DNA of 64,000 nt, from positions 198,257 through 262,256 of the forward strand of contig CAZXFW010000002.1 in the NCBI GenBank assembly GCA_964640175.1, read 5' to 3'. Numbering within the stretch: the stretch's first letter is position 1; each line of letters starts with the position of its first letter. Under the pieces are notes generated by a model. That model searched no databases. It was not told the origin of the DNA and saw nothing but the letters and a program-made list of their open reading frames with translations. Origin of the DNA: an uncultured Polyangiales bacterium (GTDB lineage Bacteria; Myxococcota_A; Polyangia; Polyangiales; GCA-016699535). Of this stretch, positions 9,719 to 20,036 are shown piece by piece. Both the position numbers and the translations under genes were made by a program.

Positions 9719-12700
9719 TCATGGTGCATTGCCAAGTGCAGCAGTCGCACGCTCTGCATAACTTCCCTTGGGATCAAGCTCTAAGTAACGACGATAGGCC
9801 ACCCCAGCATCGGCCACAGATTGCGCTGACAATGCCTCACCCAACCAAAAATATCCCTCTGGCACCGCGTCAGACATGTCAGTGGCTTTGCGAAATGCTG
9901 AAATGGCATCATCGCGTTTTGGTGGCACTTGCATGAGATAGGCACGCCCCTTGAGCAACCAAAGCTTGGCAACCATGGCTGCTGGTCGTAACTGCACCTG
10001 CAATGCCGTCTGCGCTTGCTCCAATAATCCCAGCGCAATGCTGGCACGACTGGCACGCAGCTCAACTTCGGCCTGACCAAGCAATGCCTCTGGTAAATCG
10101 GCTTGCTTCCCCAATGCACCGCGATACGCTGCCGAAGCCCGCCCCATCCAACCCGATGCGAGCAATAAGTCTCCATAGGTTGCTAAAAGAGGAGCGCTCG
10201 CTTCGGGTTGCTCGGCCAATCCACTAATAGCCTCTAATCCTTCGGGAAGTTTCCCTTGCGCCAGTGCGATGTGTGCCACAAGCAACCGTGCACGCCCTGT
10301 ATTCCTCTCTTCAGGGGTGAGTGCATCCAGCAATTGATCCGCTTCTTTGAACTTCTTCAAACCGGCCGCAATGCGGACTCGCGTAAGTGTATCGTCTAAG
10401 TTTGCCTCAGACGTTGTGCCCTTGGGCAATTCATTAAGCCAGCTTTCTGCTTCAGCCCATCGGCCACTTTCCATGAGCAATTCGATCAGCTCTTTGCGTG
10501 CAGGATGGTATCCGGGCAAAAGTTTAAGTGCATCGCGTAAGGCTTGCTCGGCATCCCGAGACTGCCCACTTGCCTGTAGCACGCGAGCCTTCAAAAAATA
10601 GGTTTGTGCATTGTCAGGAGCAACTTTTTTTAGTATAATTTCGCCTCTTTTAGCCGCTTCCATATCCCGCAAGGCTAATCCAGTCTCTATTAAACTCACC
10701 GCCACTTCTCTGCTATTGGAGGATTGCCCCTCCAAGCGTTTGGCTTCCTCAAGCAGTGGCTCAGCAGGCTGGTTGAGCGCAAGCGCAACGCGAATCTTTA
10801 ATGCGTTGATCTCGATGCGTGCCATGGCCTCAGAAGTGACATAACTCTCGAGCACGTTATGCGCCCTTTCAAGCTCTTCAGGAGCGCCTGAAAGCAGCGC
10901 CGCATGCACACGTAAGCGCACGCCTTCGAGATCATCAAGCGACACACCAGAAGCAGCTATCAGCCCCTCAATGGGTTTACCTTGCTGTACCCGAAGCTCG
11001 ACTAACATTCGCTTGAGCGTAGGATTGCCAGGCGTTACGACCAATGCTTGGGTAATCGTCCGTTCTGCTTCCGTCAAAGCTCCGAGCCGCTGTGCCCACT
11101 TCGCCAATAGCCCCGATAACACTGGATCATGCAATACGATATCCGAAGCGCGGTTCATGGCATCCAATGCCCCCGACCGGTCATCCAGTAAGGCATGCAT
11201 GCGGAGTTGAATGAGTTCTGTCAGGAACCGATCGGTAGGCGCAAACGCGCTCTTATTCCTTTGTTGATCTTCCAGATCTTTTAACATCTCTCTGGGCTTA
11301 ACGTTGTTCACGCGAATAAGCATCGACCAAAGCAGAGCGCGAAGATGCCCAGGATAGGCTTGAAGCACTCGAGCGGGTATTTGCTCTGCAATGCTTATGG
11401 CTCCCCGATCCAAAAACAACGGCACAAACGCAAGCTCTGCTGCGGAAAAACTTGGTGCGCCCTCTGCAGCCTGTCGAAGAAATTGTTCGGCATCGGATTC
11501 GCCGAACCGTTGTTTCAACCTTCCCACGACATACGCCAATGCAGGATCCGTTTTTGTAAAGCCAAGTATCTTGTGGAGGTATTGGGTGGCATCTGTCTGA
11601 TCGGAAGCAAGCGCATGAAGTACGGCAAACGATGCATCGCGGTAGGATGTATTGGCAGTCCGACGACTGAGTGTTTGCACACTCAATCTCAAGGCATTGG
11701 TGTCATAAAATCCTTCTTCTAAAGCCCGTTGCATTTGCACGAACAAGAGCAAGTTGCCACTGGAAGCCCTATCAGGCGAAAGTGCCAATGCCTTATGTAG
11801 CTCGTCTTCGGCATGACGAAGCGAGACCGCATCGCCTCGAAGCGCAAGAACTCGCACACGAGCAACAATCAAATCAGCCTGTTGCTGCTTTTGGCGTTGC
11901 CAATAGGACCACCCTACATATCCTCCAAACCCGATCGCAATGAGCGCAAAAAAGCCAAGCCACCACCCCAACGTGCTCTTCGTACCCTGTCGCTTGTTCG
12001 ACGTACGCCGGCGCTTCTGCATGGAACGCTTGGCCTGGCTTCGCTTTTCGGAATCCGCCAAAGACGCATGCAAAGAACGTCGCGCTGTCTCTACTTGAGA
12101 GGCCACAAATGGCAAGGCATTGCTCTGCATTGAACCAGGATCCGGCCATGCCGCCAAATGCTGCGCATGGTCCTTGGCTGCAGGGGGCGGTTCGTTTTCA
12201 CGCAGAGTGCGCACACCATCCCCTAGCGTGCGCGAACGCAACGCCTCAGTGGTTTCCTTATCCAGCATGGCCGTGGACTCAAAGGTGTCCACCTCGGCCG
12301 GCGTTAACTCAAACTGAGAAGACGGTGGATGCAATTCCAAGGGACCACTGACACTTTGTTCAAAAAGCCCTGTCTGAGCGTGAGAGAGCTGCTCTTCGGA
12401 TGACACAGGCTCTGACGGTGATGCGTGCTCCTTAAGCGATATGTTCGGACGTGTACTAGGACGCTTGTGCAGTGGTTCAGGCCGTTGGCTATCCAACACC
12501 TCTCGCACCAATTGTCCCAAAAGAGATCCGGTGTCTGTAGCGTCTCGTGGGGGGGCTTCCCGTGAGGAAGCAAGAGGAGGCGCCGCTTCAGGAGAAACGT
12601 TGGAGTCCGTGATCGCGATAGGCCGACCGGACTCGCTGACTCCTGGCATCCCACGGATCGTCCCAGTGCCCACTGGCCGAAAGGCTTGAGGTGCACGTTT

Positions 12701-13411
12701 CGGTTCAGAAACGTCGTCTTCACGAACGCCAGTCACCAACTCTTCGTCCCACTCACCGGCTGAAGAAGCTTTGAGCTGTGCTTCTACTTGAGAACCGTAA
12801 AAAAGCGTTTCCGCTTCAGGCTCAAACTCTGCATCGCCGTCTGTATCGTCAATGGGCTCTAGCAGGGACTCATCCAAAGGCTCAACCACACTCACTTCTT
12901 CTGATACCAAAGAGACAGGCGCAGCTACTGCACTGTTATCCTCTTGTGGCTGTACCGGCACCACGCTATCCGCCAACGTAAGCAGCCGCTTGGCACGTGC
13001 ATGGAGCGCTTGGATGTCGGGGTCATGCTTGTCCAAAAACACTGCCCTATCGAGCACTTTAAGCGCACGTTCTGGATCCCCTCGCTTTAGCAAAAGCGCG
13101 CCCAACCATCGAAAGACATCTTTATGATTCGGTTGTGTGCGTGCCGTTTGCACCAAAAGCGCTTGAGACTTATCGAGCTCTCCTGCCATCAGCCATGCTT
13201 TGGCTAACATCAAGGTCAAGTGCGTGTCGCTATTTCCTGACTCGCTAATCGCAAGCTCAAGCACATCTGCGGCATCGTGATAACGATGCGCGGCAAGTAG
13301 CTCGGATGCAAGCGCGCTTGCGCTTTCGCCCCGCTTGGAACGAAAACGCAACAGTCGTGCATCGAGCGCGCGTATAGGGGCTGCTGCGGATCTATGCTGC
13401 TCGTCGTGCAT
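9719..13411 (-). CDS. giant TPR-repeat membrane protein
   Basis: 1230 aa. N-terminal TPR region, long acidic/Pro/Ser-rich disordered linker, one TM helix (LGWWLGFFALIAIGFGGYVGWSYW), then about 700 aa of TPR-like helical repeats. Confidence 0.7.
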   Translation of the reverse strand: MHDEQHRSAAAPIRALDARLLRFRSKRGESASALASELLAAHRYHDAADVLELAISESGNSDTHLTLMLAKAWLMAGELDKSQALLVQTARTQPNHKDVFRWLGALLLKRGDPERALKVLDRAVFLDKHDPDIQALHARAKRLLTLADSVVPVQPQEDNSAVAAPVSLVSEEVSVVEPLDESLLEPIDDTDGDAEFEPEAETLFYGSQVEAQLKASSAGEWDEELVTGVREDDVSEPKRAPQAFRPVGTGTIRGMPGVSESGRPIAITDSNVSPEAAPPLASSREAPPRDATDTGSLLGQLVREVLDSQRPEPLHKRPSTRPNISLKEHASPSEPVSSEEQLSHAQTGLFEQSVSGPLELHPPSSQFELTPAEVDTFESTAMLDKETTEALRSRTLGDGVRTLRENEPPPAAKDHAQHLAAWPDPGSMQSNALPFVASQVETARRSLHASLADSEKRSQAKRSMQKRRRTSNKRQGTKSTLGWWLGFFALIAIGFGGYVGWSYWQRQKQQQADLIVARVRVLALRGDAVSLRHAEDELHKALALSPDRASSGNLLLFVQMQRALEEGFYDTNALRLSVQTLSRRTANTSYRDASFAVLHALASDQTDATQYLHKILGFTKTDPALAYVVGRLKQRFGESDAEQFLRQAAEGAPSFSAAELAFVPLFLDRGAISIAEQIPARVLQAYPGHLRALLWSMLIRVNNVKPREMLKDLEDQQRNKSAFAPTDRFLTELIQLRMHALLDDRSGALDAMNRASDIVLHDPVLSGLLAKWAQRLGALTEAERTITQALVVTPGNPTLKRMLVELRVQQGKPIEGLIAASGVSLDDLEGVRLRVHAALLSGAPEELERAHNVLESYVTSEAMARIEINALKIRVALALNQPAEPLLEEAKRLEGQSSNSREVAVSLIETGLALRDMEAAKRGEIILKKVAPDNAQTYFLKARVLQASGQSRDAEQALRDALKLLPGYHPARKELIELLMESGRWAEAESWLNELPKGTTSEANLDDTLTRVRIAAGLKKFKEADQLLDALTPEERNTGRARLLVAHIALAQGKLPEGLEAISGLAEQPEASAPLLATYGDLLLASGWMGRASAAYRGALGKQADLPEALLGQAEVELRASRASIALGLLEQAQTALQVQLRPAAMVAKLWLLKGRAYLMQVPPKRDDAISAFRKATDMSDAVPEGYFWLGEALSAQSVADAGVAYRRYLELDPKGSYAERATAALGNAP

Positions 13412-13470
13412 CTAGGTAGAACCTAGCCTAAAAAGGCCATTCAAGGCCAGGGATTCGCGCAAGGCCACCG

Positions 13471-14031
13471 CTAAAGCACAATGGCACCCTGGCGCAGCAC
13501 CACTGGCACCGCACCACTGACATCCACGACCGTGGAAGGCTGGCTGGAGGCGCTGTCTCCTTCTACTACGGCGTCCACTGCAGAACGCACGGCAGGATCA
13601 AGCGTTTTTGTTGCGCCCACCGCCGAATGGCCACTTAGATTGGCACTGGTTGCCGTCAATGGCCCACCAAACGCATTGACCACATCCAACGCGGGACTCG
13701 CGCCTGGGATACGTATGCCCACTTTGCCATCTTTGACCAGTGCAGGGTGGATCACCTCACGCGTCCGGACCACCAACGTGAGTGGCCCAGGCCAGTACCG
13801 CTCGGCTAGCGCAAGAGCTTGGGCAGTGAACGGTTGAATCCAACGTTCGACCGATGCCAGATCTGGAATCAATAACGCGATCGGCTCATTAGGGCCTCGC
13901 CCCTTAATCGCGATCACACGGTCCACGGCTTTATGCTGCCGTGCATCTGCCAACAACCCCACTAACGTCTCCGTCGGACAGGCAATCACACCACCGTTGT
14001 TTAGAACGGCTATGTAGTCCATTAAACTCAC
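13471..14031 (-). CDS. tsaC: L-threonylcarbamoyladenylate synthase (YrdC/TsaC type)
   Basis: YrdC-domain blocks: PTETLVGLLADA, YWPGPLTLV, IGIRIP, GGPLTATSANLSG. Overlaps purD by 4 nt. Confidence 0.85.
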   Translation of the reverse strand: MSLMDYIAVLNNGGVIACPTETLVGLLADARQHKAVDRVIAIKGRGPNEPIALLIPDLASVERWIQPFTAQALALAERYWPGPLTLVVRTREVIHPALVKDGKVGIRIPGASPALDVVNAFGGPLTATSANLSGHSAVGATKTLDPAVRSAVDAVVEGDSASSQPSTVVDVSGAVPVVLRQGAIVL

Positions 14032-15320
14032 AACGGGCCTAATACGCCTGCGCCAATATCACGACGAAACTGTGCCCCTTCAAACTGGAGTTCCGATGCT
14101 GCACGATAGGCCCGATCTGCAGCGCTTTCCATGGTCTCGCCCACTGCGGTGACCGTCAGCACACGCCCTCCTGCTGTGACGATACGCCCATGCTCTTTGC
14201 GTGTGCCCGCATGAAACACCTGCACACCCGGCACCTTGCATGCGTCCTCAAAACCAGTGATGGGTAGCCCTTGAGGTCCTGCGCCAGGGTATCCGCCCGA
14301 AGCCAGCACCACACACAATGCAGCCGGAGCTTCCCATTGAGGCACTTCATGCGCCAAGCTTCCGCACGCAGCCTTCTCCAACAAAGACAACAGATCACCT
14401 TGATACCGTGCTAAAAGCACCTCAGTTTCTGGGTCACCCAAACGCACGTTGTACTCCAACACCATGGGCTTACCCTCCACAATCATAAGCCCCACAAACA
14501 GCGCCCCCCGAAACGGTTGGCCTTCCGCTTTCATCCCCTTTAAGGTGGGCTCCACCACATGGGTGCGAATCGTTTCTTCCATGGCCAACGTCACCACCGG
14601 AGTGGGGGAATACGCGCCCATGCCCCCGGTGTTCGGACCGCGATCACCCTCCAACAAACGTTTGTGATCCTGTGCAGCGGCCAAAGGAACTGCGCACTCG
14701 CCATCAGAAATTACATGGTAGCTGACTTCCGGCCCGCACAACCGTTCTTCAATCACAATTGCGTTCCCAGCCTCACCAAACGCGCGTGCTTCCATGATGT
14801 AATGTACCGCTTCCTCGGCTTCTTGCTGGTTACTGGCCACCACAACTCCTTTGCCCGCCGCAAGGCCATCCGCTTTAATCACCAAAGGTCGGCGTTCTGC
14901 ACGCACGTACCGAAGTGCTTCAGACGCATCTTCAAACACCTCAAACGACGCCGTGGGAATCTTCCAGCGTTGCATAAACTGCTTAGCAAACACTTTGGAG
15001 CCCTCCAGCCTGGCTGCAGCTTTGCTTGGGCCAAACGCTGTCACCCCCACATCGCCAAGCGCATCAACCACCCCCTGGACCAACGGGGCTTCAGGCCCTA
15101 CCACGACAAAATCGACTGATAGCTCGCGCACACACGCTTTAACCGCGTCGATGTCCAGAATATCCAGAGGAACCGAGGTGGCTATTGCTTCGGTGCCTGC
15201 GTTTCCGGGAGCACACCAAAGCTTGCCAACATGCGGCGACGTTGAAAGACGCCAACAAAGCGCATGCTCTCTTGCGCCCGCACCCAACACCATGACCCGT
15301 CGTTGATCCGCCATGCGCAT
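14028..15320 (-). CDS. purD: phosphoribosylamine--glycine ligase
   Basis: VMVLGAGAREHAL, VVVGPEAPL, ATP-grasp core, GDRGPNTGGMGAYSP, FAGT-like FHAGT. Confidence 0.95.
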   Translation of the reverse strand: MRMADQRRVMVLGAGAREHALCWRLSTSPHVGKLWCAPGNAGTEAIATSVPLDILDIDAVKACVRELSVDFVVVGPEAPLVQGVVDALGDVGVTAFGPSKAAARLEGSKVFAKQFMQRWKIPTASFEVFEDASEALRYVRAERRPLVIKADGLAAGKGVVVASNQQEAEEAVHYIMEARAFGEAGNAIVIEERLCGPEVSYHVISDGECAVPLAAAQDHKRLLEGDRGPNTGGMGAYSPTPVVTLAMEETIRTHVVEPTLKGMKAEGQPFRGALFVGLMIVEGKPMVLEYNVRLGDPETEVLLARYQGDLLSLLEKAACGSLAHEVPQWEAPAALCVVLASGGYPGAGPQGLPITGFEDACKVPGVQVFHAGTRKEHGRIVTAGGRVLTVTAVGETMESAADRAYRAASELQFEGAQFRRDIGAGVLGPL

Positions 15321-16891
15321 TAATGCCTAAAGTGCCGCACGCCTGTCAGTAGCATCGCCATGCCGGCACGGTTCGCTGCATCGATAACGTCGGCGTCTTT
15401 TTTAGAACCACCGGGCTGAACCACCGCTGTGATGCCCGCCTCAGCCGCACGCTCGACACCATCAGGAAACGGAAAAAACGCATCCGAAGCCATCACGCTG
15501 CCTTGAGCCTCAGGGCCAGCTTTTTCGACAGCCAGCTGCACGCTGACCACACGTGACATCTGACCTGCGCCCACCCCTACGGTGCGCAGTACAGGGCTGT
15601 CCTTAGCCAGCACAATCGCATTGGACTTAACGTGCTTACACACTTTCCATGCAAAATCGAGCGCTGCAAGTTCCTGCGCTGTCGGAGGCCGCTTACTCAC
15701 CACCTTCGCGTCTGCCACCTCGTTCGCTGCCGTGGCATCCCGATCCTGAACCACAAAACCACCACTAACCCGCTTGACCTGCATCGCCTGATGACCCGCA
15801 TCAAGCCACTGCCCCGTCGCTAACAAACGAAGACTGCTTTTCGTGCGTAGCAACGCCAGCGCTTCAGCGCTAAATGCCGGAGCAATGATGCACTCAAGAA
15901 ATGTCTCCTTTAAAAGTTCGGCTGTAGCCAGATCGACAGAACGATTCAACGCGACAATGCCACCGAACGCGCTTACCTCGTCTGCTTGACGCGCACGTAA
16001 ATACGCATCTGCCAGCCGAGATGCCTGCGCCACCCCACATGGATTGGTATGTTTGACGATCACCGCAGCAGGTTCACTAAACTCACGCACCGCATCGAGC
16101 GCCGCATCGACATCCACCAGATTATTAAAAGACAGCTCCTTGGCCCCTTGGCCCAAAGACTCCGACTGAGCAAGGCTGCCCAAAGGAGCTTCCCGCTCCA
16201 GATAAAACGCACCGGATTGATGGGGATTTTCGCCATAGCGTAAGCCGTACGCCTTGGTAAGCGTCAGCGTGAGCGTCTCCTGAAACCCATCCTCGGAACG
16301 TGTGCCTTGAAGCTTGCTGGCGAAATATTCCGCTATCTCTTTGTCATAGCGGGCCGTGTGCGCAAACGCCTTGGCAGCCAACTCTTCACGCAACGCAAGC
16401 GTTGTGCCCCCTTCCTTACGCAAGGCCGCCAACACGGGCTGGTAGTCTTCAGGGTTCACCAACACCGTGACCCGAGGGTAGCTCTTAGCCGCGCTCCGCA
16501 GCATGGAAGGCCCGCCAATATCGATGTTTTCGAGGATCTCCTCATGAGGCGCCTTGCGAGCCACCGTCCGGGCAAATGGGTATAAATTTACAACAACAAG
16601 ATCAATAGGTTTCCCGCCAATACTAGAAAGTTGTTCAAGATCATCAGCGCGCTCACGCATCAGTATTCCTCCATGAACACGCGGATGCAGTGTCTTGACC
16701 CGTCCTTCCATAATCTCTGGCGAACCGGTGTACTCTGCCACGTCAACAACACGCAGCCCGGCCTTACGCAATGCCTCGGCAGTCCCCCCGGTGGACAGAA
16801 TTTCGATATCCAACGACACCAGCCCCTGGGCCAGCTCCACCAACCCCTGTTTATCGGATACTGAAATTAACGCCCGACGTATGTGATGCAT
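15320..16891 (-). CDS. purH: bifunctional AICAR transformylase / IMP cyclohydrolase
   Basis: RALISVSDKQG, TGGTA, KTLHPRVHGGIL, VVNLYPF, C-terminal ASDAFFPF..D..QPGGS. I place the start at ATG 16891 (GGAGG just upstream) rather than the TTG at 16954. Confidence 0.95.
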   Translation of the reverse strand: MHHIRRALISVSDKQGLVELAQGLVSLDIEILSTGGTAEALRKAGLRVVDVAEYTGSPEIMEGRVKTLHPRVHGGILMRERADDLEQLSSIGGKPIDLVVVNLYPFARTVARKAPHEEILENIDIGGPSMLRSAAKSYPRVTVLVNPEDYQPVLAALRKEGGTTLALREELAAKAFAHTARYDKEIAEYFASKLQGTRSEDGFQETLTLTLTKAYGLRYGENPHQSGAFYLEREAPLGSLAQSESLGQGAKELSFNNLVDVDAALDAVREFSEPAAVIVKHTNPCGVAQASRLADAYLRARQADEVSAFGGIVALNRSVDLATAELLKETFLECIIAPAFSAEALALLRTKSSLRLLATGQWLDAGHQAMQVKRVSGGFVVQDRDATAANEVADAKVVSKRPPTAQELAALDFAWKVCKHVKSNAIVLAKDSPVLRTVGVGAGQMSRVVSVQLAVEKAGPEAQGSVMASDAFFPFPDGVERAAEAGITAVVQPGGSKKDADVIDAANRAGMAMLLTGVRHFRH

Positions 16892-17200
16892 GCCTCCATC
16901 CCCTTGTAACTGACTTGCTGGCACGCTGATACTCCCTGAACTGTCACGGGTCAACCAAGACCCAGACTGCCAAACGCCAAATTACTCTTCGGACGCAGCA
17001 AGCTCGCTGATTAGCGTACGCAAGAAGCATTCTAATTTGTCAGGCGTCTTCCCGGCACTAGAATGCGTTAAACACACTTAGCCCTCACGCTGGGGTCTTT
17101 ACACCCCGTACGTAAGCACCCTCTCTTCAAAAATTGTTCAGCAACTGTGGTAACTTGAGAAGCATTTGGCAAGCGTTGTTCTAGCATGTTTTTTGCATAA

Positions 17201-19912
17201 ATGCCGAGCATAACCATGCACGTGTGGGATACATGTTTACGTTGGCCTTCATTGGCTACAGTCATAGCAATCACGTCACTTTCGGGATGCACGCTTTTAC
17301 CTGGCTTGGATGCTTCCGGAGATAGCGAAGGTCAAGGTGCGATTACACATGCATGCTACTATCCGCGCGACTGTGCTGCGGATGGTACGGAGACATGTGT
17401 GCTTACCCAATCTGGCAACCGTTGCATGTCTCTCACCGAGGCAACGTATGAAGTAGAGCCCGTGGCAACTTCATTAGAACGTTTTATTCAAACCACCGAT
17501 CACGATTCAGAAACACTCGACCGTCTTGCAAACGACCTGCCCGAAGCCCCTAGCGACATCTCCCTTCAAAGCTACCGACATATCGCTGAGAATATGCTCA
17601 AGCCTTTGGTGCTTCGCGATCGCGTAGGACTCCAAGAAGTTCAAGCGTTCATTGACAGGGGTAGTGCCCAACCCGATGCCGCCCCATCCCCAGGCTACAA
17701 ATACGAAGCTTATCGCGCGCTTTACGCGGCCAAATACAATCAAAACAAAAAACTCAAAGCCGCTCTCGGGCGTCTCTTTAACTTCATGCCGGATAAACCA
17801 TTGTTCACACGGCATGACGATGGCACCGCTGGTGTCAGCATGTTGGAAGACTGTGGCTTGACCCTGAAGAGCCATCCGTTTTCTGGCACAACCCATGCCA
17901 GCGACAGCAACGTCCATGCATGCCTTGAAGCCCTTGATCGTTTGAGCGTGCTCATGAAAGACGCCATGGCGCTTTCAGAGTATCCTTTATGGCCCACTAA
18001 TTTCAAAGAACGCCTGGATCAGGAACGTATGCTAGTGCGCTACGCCCTAGCCACCGGAATTAATCCCAAAGGCGCAGAGGGCATCAACCGAATGCATACG
18101 TTGCGCCATCGCATCGATTCATTGTTTGCTTCCGTCCAGGCAGACTATGTACTTTTGATACAACTGCTTGATGAGGCACTCCGCGGATTTGGCATCGTAG
18201 AAATGCCTATCAGCATCACTCCGATTCACCCTGACACCCCACCGGAATCCTACGAAGTCAACGACGCCTTTACATTCACTCTTGGACAATGGGCCAGTGG
18301 TGAATGGTACGCCATTCGCCAAGCACAGCAAAACATGCCTGCCGACGAAGATATCCCGCTCGAACCTTGGCAACGGTACTTTGAAGGAGCGTTCAAGCAA
18401 GCGGTGGCGCAGTCCATGGCCATCAACGAATTCTTGTATCAAAAGCTTCATTTTCAAGGCGGTTATAGCGATGCCGACACATGGAAGCTCACTCCTTTCA
18501 TCGAAGCCACGGGCATACTTCACATGCCCGAGTACGCAGCCTTTTCTGGCATTCACCAACAGTTGCTCTTGCAAATCCAAAACGAACTCGACGTAGCCCA
18601 ACGACAGATGTGGTCTGACTTAGGATTATGCGCCCTTGGCATTGTGGGAGGTGCAGCTGCGGGGTTTGCCCTGGGCGCACCCATGGCAGGCGCCAAAGTA
18701 GGAGGCGCTGTGCTGTGTTCCATCAGCGCTTACCACGGCATTCAAGAGGCACAAGCACTTGCACAGGTGCTTGGCAACCTTCAAACATTGGCATTTTTCG
18801 GCATGAAAAGCGCCTATGCTTCTATCCTTACCTTGGATGACATCACAAACCGTTTCAAATGGTCAGTGTTCTTTGTCGGCCTTGACGTGATGGGTGCCAG
18901 CATTGATGTCACGGACATCAGCCGAGGCGTGCCTGAACTGCTAGATGCCCTCGAACACACGGCTCCTAAAGCCGTGTCACGGTTAGCCCAAGCGTGGGAG
19001 CAAAGCTATGCTCGGCATTTGCTCCATGGTGGGCCTTTGCAGATGGCACCTATGGCGAGTGAGCTTACCGAACACGGAGCGGAGCTCATCCGATTATCCA
19101 GCAACGGGGCCAATGCCACTGTCATGATTCGGGATCCTGGACTACGTGGGGACATTCGCGAATTTATTAAAGAATGGGCTCGATCGGAGACCCCAGATTA
19201 TTGGGATCAGATTCCTTTGTCGGCAGGCCACCTCTATCGTGACATTTGGAAAGCCAGCGATGACCTGTCTGCGATGCAATTAAGAAAAATTATGATCCAA
19301 GCACGCTATGAGCTGGGAGATTACAAATTCTTGATGACTCAATCAGGCTTCTATAGCTTTCCGGAAGCTTTTGGCGCCGCCAACGACATTTTACATCAAC
19401 ATCAACTGCCGAACGTATTAGACACCTTTACGCAAGACCTTGCGAATGGTGTTTCCAGGGAAGATCTATATCTCAGGCGTGTCTTTCGTGACGGCTCAGG
19501 GACCCCCATTTTTCTCCATAACTATTATCCCAATCACTATGTGGGGCTCTACGTCGACCCCGTCATTCCGACCGCAGGTTGGACCGCGTTGGCTGATGTC
19601 ACCAATGAGCTGCGTGCCTTGGCGCGCACGAACCCACACCCCAGCGAAGCTGTGATGGACCTGCTTGCAGAGTATGCCTATGTTGCCTCTGGTCTTTTAC
19701 CCTTTCCACGCATCAACTGGGGACTCTTTTACCAAGTGATGCTTCAGGCTTATCAGATCTTTGGGTTGAACCCACGCTACTCCACCGGGCTCGATCATTT
19801 CATGTGGGCAGCGCCCACCCTGGATGCTGCCAAACGCATCTTTAGAGTATGGCATTCAGGGGTGATGGATCGCAGCATCTATCTCGAAGCCCGGCGTTTC
19901 TTTCGGTATTAG
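17201..19912 (+). CDS. large hypothetical lipoprotein with central glycine-zipper segment
   Basis: 903 aa. Lipobox ITSLSGC, Cys-rich stretch after the signal, Gly/Ala hydrophobic segment GIVGGAAAGFALGAPMAGAKVGGAV. No family recognised. Alternative ATG at 17216. Confidence 0.6.
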   Translation: MPSITMHVWDTCLRWPSLATVIAITSLSGCTLLPGLDASGDSEGQGAITHACYYPRDCAADGTETCVLTQSGNRCMSLTEATYEVEPVATSLERFIQTTDHDSETLDRLANDLPEAPSDISLQSYRHIAENMLKPLVLRDRVGLQEVQAFIDRGSAQPDAAPSPGYKYEAYRALYAAKYNQNKKLKAALGRLFNFMPDKPLFTRHDDGTAGVSMLEDCGLTLKSHPFSGTTHASDSNVHACLEALDRLSVLMKDAMALSEYPLWPTNFKERLDQERMLVRYALATGINPKGAEGINRMHTLRHRIDSLFASVQADYVLLIQLLDEALRGFGIVEMPISITPIHPDTPPESYEVNDAFTFTLGQWASGEWYAIRQAQQNMPADEDIPLEPWQRYFEGAFKQAVAQSMAINEFLYQKLHFQGGYSDADTWKLTPFIEATGILHMPEYAAFSGIHQQLLLQIQNELDVAQRQMWSDLGLCALGIVGGAAAGFALGAPMAGAKVGGAVLCSISAYHGIQEAQALAQVLGNLQTLAFFGMKSAYASILTLDDITNRFKWSVFFVGLDVMGASIDVTDISRGVPELLDALEHTAPKAVSRLAQAWEQSYARHLLHGGPLQMAPMASELTEHGAELIRLSSNGANATVMIRDPGLRGDIREFIKEWARSETPDYWDQIPLSAGHLYRDIWKASDDLSAMQLRKIMIQARYELGDYKFLMTQSGFYSFPEAFGAANDILHQHQLPNVLDTFTQDLANGVSREDLYLRRVFRDGSGTPIFLHNYYPNHYVGLYVDPVIPTAGWTALADVTNELRALARTNPHPSEAVMDLLAEYAYVASGLLPFPRINWGLFYQVMLQAYQIFGLNPRYSTGLDHFMWAAPTLDAAKRIFRVWHSGVMDRSIYLEARRFFRY

Positions 19913-20036
19913 CTTAGTTAGCGCCCGTTGGCACTACCCTCTCGCAACGCGGCTCATCGGTAGCCGAGCTTGGTGACTCATCGAGCAGGTTTTTTTCTAC
20001 GAAGTACGCCAAAGTGGTTGCACGACGGTAAGCTCC

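Noticed and set aside
14559-15306. Plus-strand ORFs of 186 and 151 aa opposite purD
   Set aside because: They are antisense to a confidently identified purD and have low-complexity, Arg/Ser-rich translations.
17027-17066. Inverted repeat GCATTCTA ... TAGAATGC in the purH/lipoprotein intergenic region
   Set aside because: It has an 8-bp stem and a 24-nt loop. That is too weak and isolated to call a terminator or operator.
16892-17100. Possible ZTP (pfl) or other purine riboswitch upstream of purH
   Set aside because: I read the minus strand upstream of purH. It contains a GGGTC/GACCC hairpin but none of the conserved ZTP elements (no CCGCCUGGGC-type pseudoknot segment). The region is also partly inside the TTG-extended ORF.
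19690-19770. Fic/Fido-like look of LLPFPRINWGLFYQVMLQAYQIFGLNP near the C-terminus of the 903-aa lipoprotein
   Set aside because: Only the P-F and N positions match the HPFxxGNGRxxR motif. The catalytic His and the GNGR are absent. I do not consider it support for a Fic assignment without a profile search.
19913-20036. Possible terminator between the convergent 903-aa and 578-aa genes (T-run at GCAGGTTTTTTT)
   Set aside because: I could find only 3-5 bp stems next to the T-run, so there is no convincing hairpin.
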